The notes beneath the pieces are model-generated. The model ran no database searches, was not told the origin of the DNA, and was given only the letters and a program-made list of their open reading frames with translations. From contig JBJTQJ010000025.1 of the NCBI GenBank assembly GCA_046075565.1, positions 73,326 to 137,325 on the forward strand: 64,000 bases of DNA. The letters are read 5' to 3'. A program made the position numbers and the translations under genes. Positions 63,260 to 64,000 of this stretch are shown in pieces (positions within the stretch are counted from its first letter, which is position 1; every line of letters starts with the position of its first letter). Source of the stretch: Verrucomicrobiales bacterium. GTDB lineage: Bacteria; Verrucomicrobiota; Verrucomicrobiia; Verrucomicrobiales; SLCJ01.

Positions 63260-64000
63260 ATGAAAGCAACAACCTTCTCCTCGTTCGCTTTTCTGCTGCT
63301 GGCGTTTCCCTGCCGCATCATGGCCCAGGCGCCTGCCAACGATCACTTCGCCAGCGCCCTGGTCTTGGCCGGAGCAACTGCATCGGCCACGGGTAATAAT
63401 ACCAACGCAACTCTTGAATCGGGAGAAGTCAATCCGGCGGGAGAAGGCGGTGCTTCCGTCTGGTTTTCGTGGACCGCTCCGTCCACCGGATGGCACACGG
63501 TCCACACTTCGTCAAACAATCCGGCCAATGGTCTAGACACGGTCATCGCGCTTTTTGCCGGAGGATCCACGGTTTCCAACACGGTCATGCTCGGTCACAA
63601 TGACGAGAGCGCTCGTTTTCCCGGAGATTATCCTTCCGCCGTCTATCCGGGGGAATTCGGACCCTCCCGCCTGGTTTTCCAAGCGACGGCCGGAACCACC
63701 TACCGGATTGCGGTGCATGGTTCTTCCAGTGCCACCGGGCCGTTCTAGATCCACCTTGGTCCGGAGACCACTCCCGAGTTTATCGTGGCATCGGTGACGT
63801 TCGTTCCGGCCAGCGTTGATATCACGGGAGGCCCATTGGCTACAACGGCCACCCTGCAGATCCTGACGCAGGATCCATTCGGTTTCGCCAACGTCTCCCG
63901 GATGAGGTCTTCGAACGGCAGTGAATTTGCCTCGAATTTTCTCTCCTCGATCCCGACCAATGGCACGTATCCCACCGAATTTACGATCACCAACTACGAA
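63260..64000 (+). pseudogene. Secreted PPC/Ig-like domain protein with in-frame TAG at 63746-63748; runs off window
   Basis: Signal peptide, PANDHFA.A, AT.E.GE, SVWFSWTAP, GTTYRIAV.G; after the TAG the frame stays open to 64000 (IHLGPETTPEFIVASVTFVPASVDITGG...). Confidence 0.75.

Noticed and set aside
2862-63748. Stop-codon reassignment, Sec or Pyl as the cause of the two in-frame stops
   Set aside because: The two codons differ (TAA, TAG), neither is TGA, and both end normal genes in this window (e.g. TAG at 1962 and 7509, TAA at 37035).

Overview
A GC-rich, gene-dense bacterial chromosome segment. The PEP-CTERM protein, Verru_Chthon-type pseudopilin cassette, DUF6288/DUF6268/DUF6580-like proteins and RAYT-type transposase suggest Verrucomicrobiota (inference). 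Most genes are housekeeping: hflX (partial), ppc, ftsK, mpl, hemB, cdd, glgE, mrdA, lipA, rnc, tRNA-His, gpsA, plsY, menD, tsaC/sua5, aroK, truA and phoU. No CRISPR array, rRNA or prophage was seen. Best candidates for something new: (1) a 350-aa protein (13000-14052) carrying the catalytic-loop motif I recall for the Legionella MavL arginine-specific ADP-ribosylhydrolase macrodomain, with an orphan CX5R phosphatase nearby; (2) an 1105-aa GHMP sugar kinase/UDP-sugar pyrophosphorylase fusion plus a degenerate GalU-like partner next to mpl and an MpaA-like peptidase, a possible undescribed sugar-nucleotide or peptidoglycan salvage route; (3) a divergent second Mpl-like ligase coupled to a GT4, with a divergent terminator-flanked small ORF/sRNA; (4) a restriction-like PD-(D/E)XK nuclease with an apparent signal peptide and no methylase; (5) a six-gene pseudopilin cassette with a perfect palindrome over its -35. 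Also present: a MITE/REP-like element, possible decayed attC sites, two genes broken by single in-frame stops and recurrent leaderless-type promoters. All family assignments come from motif recognition, not database searches.
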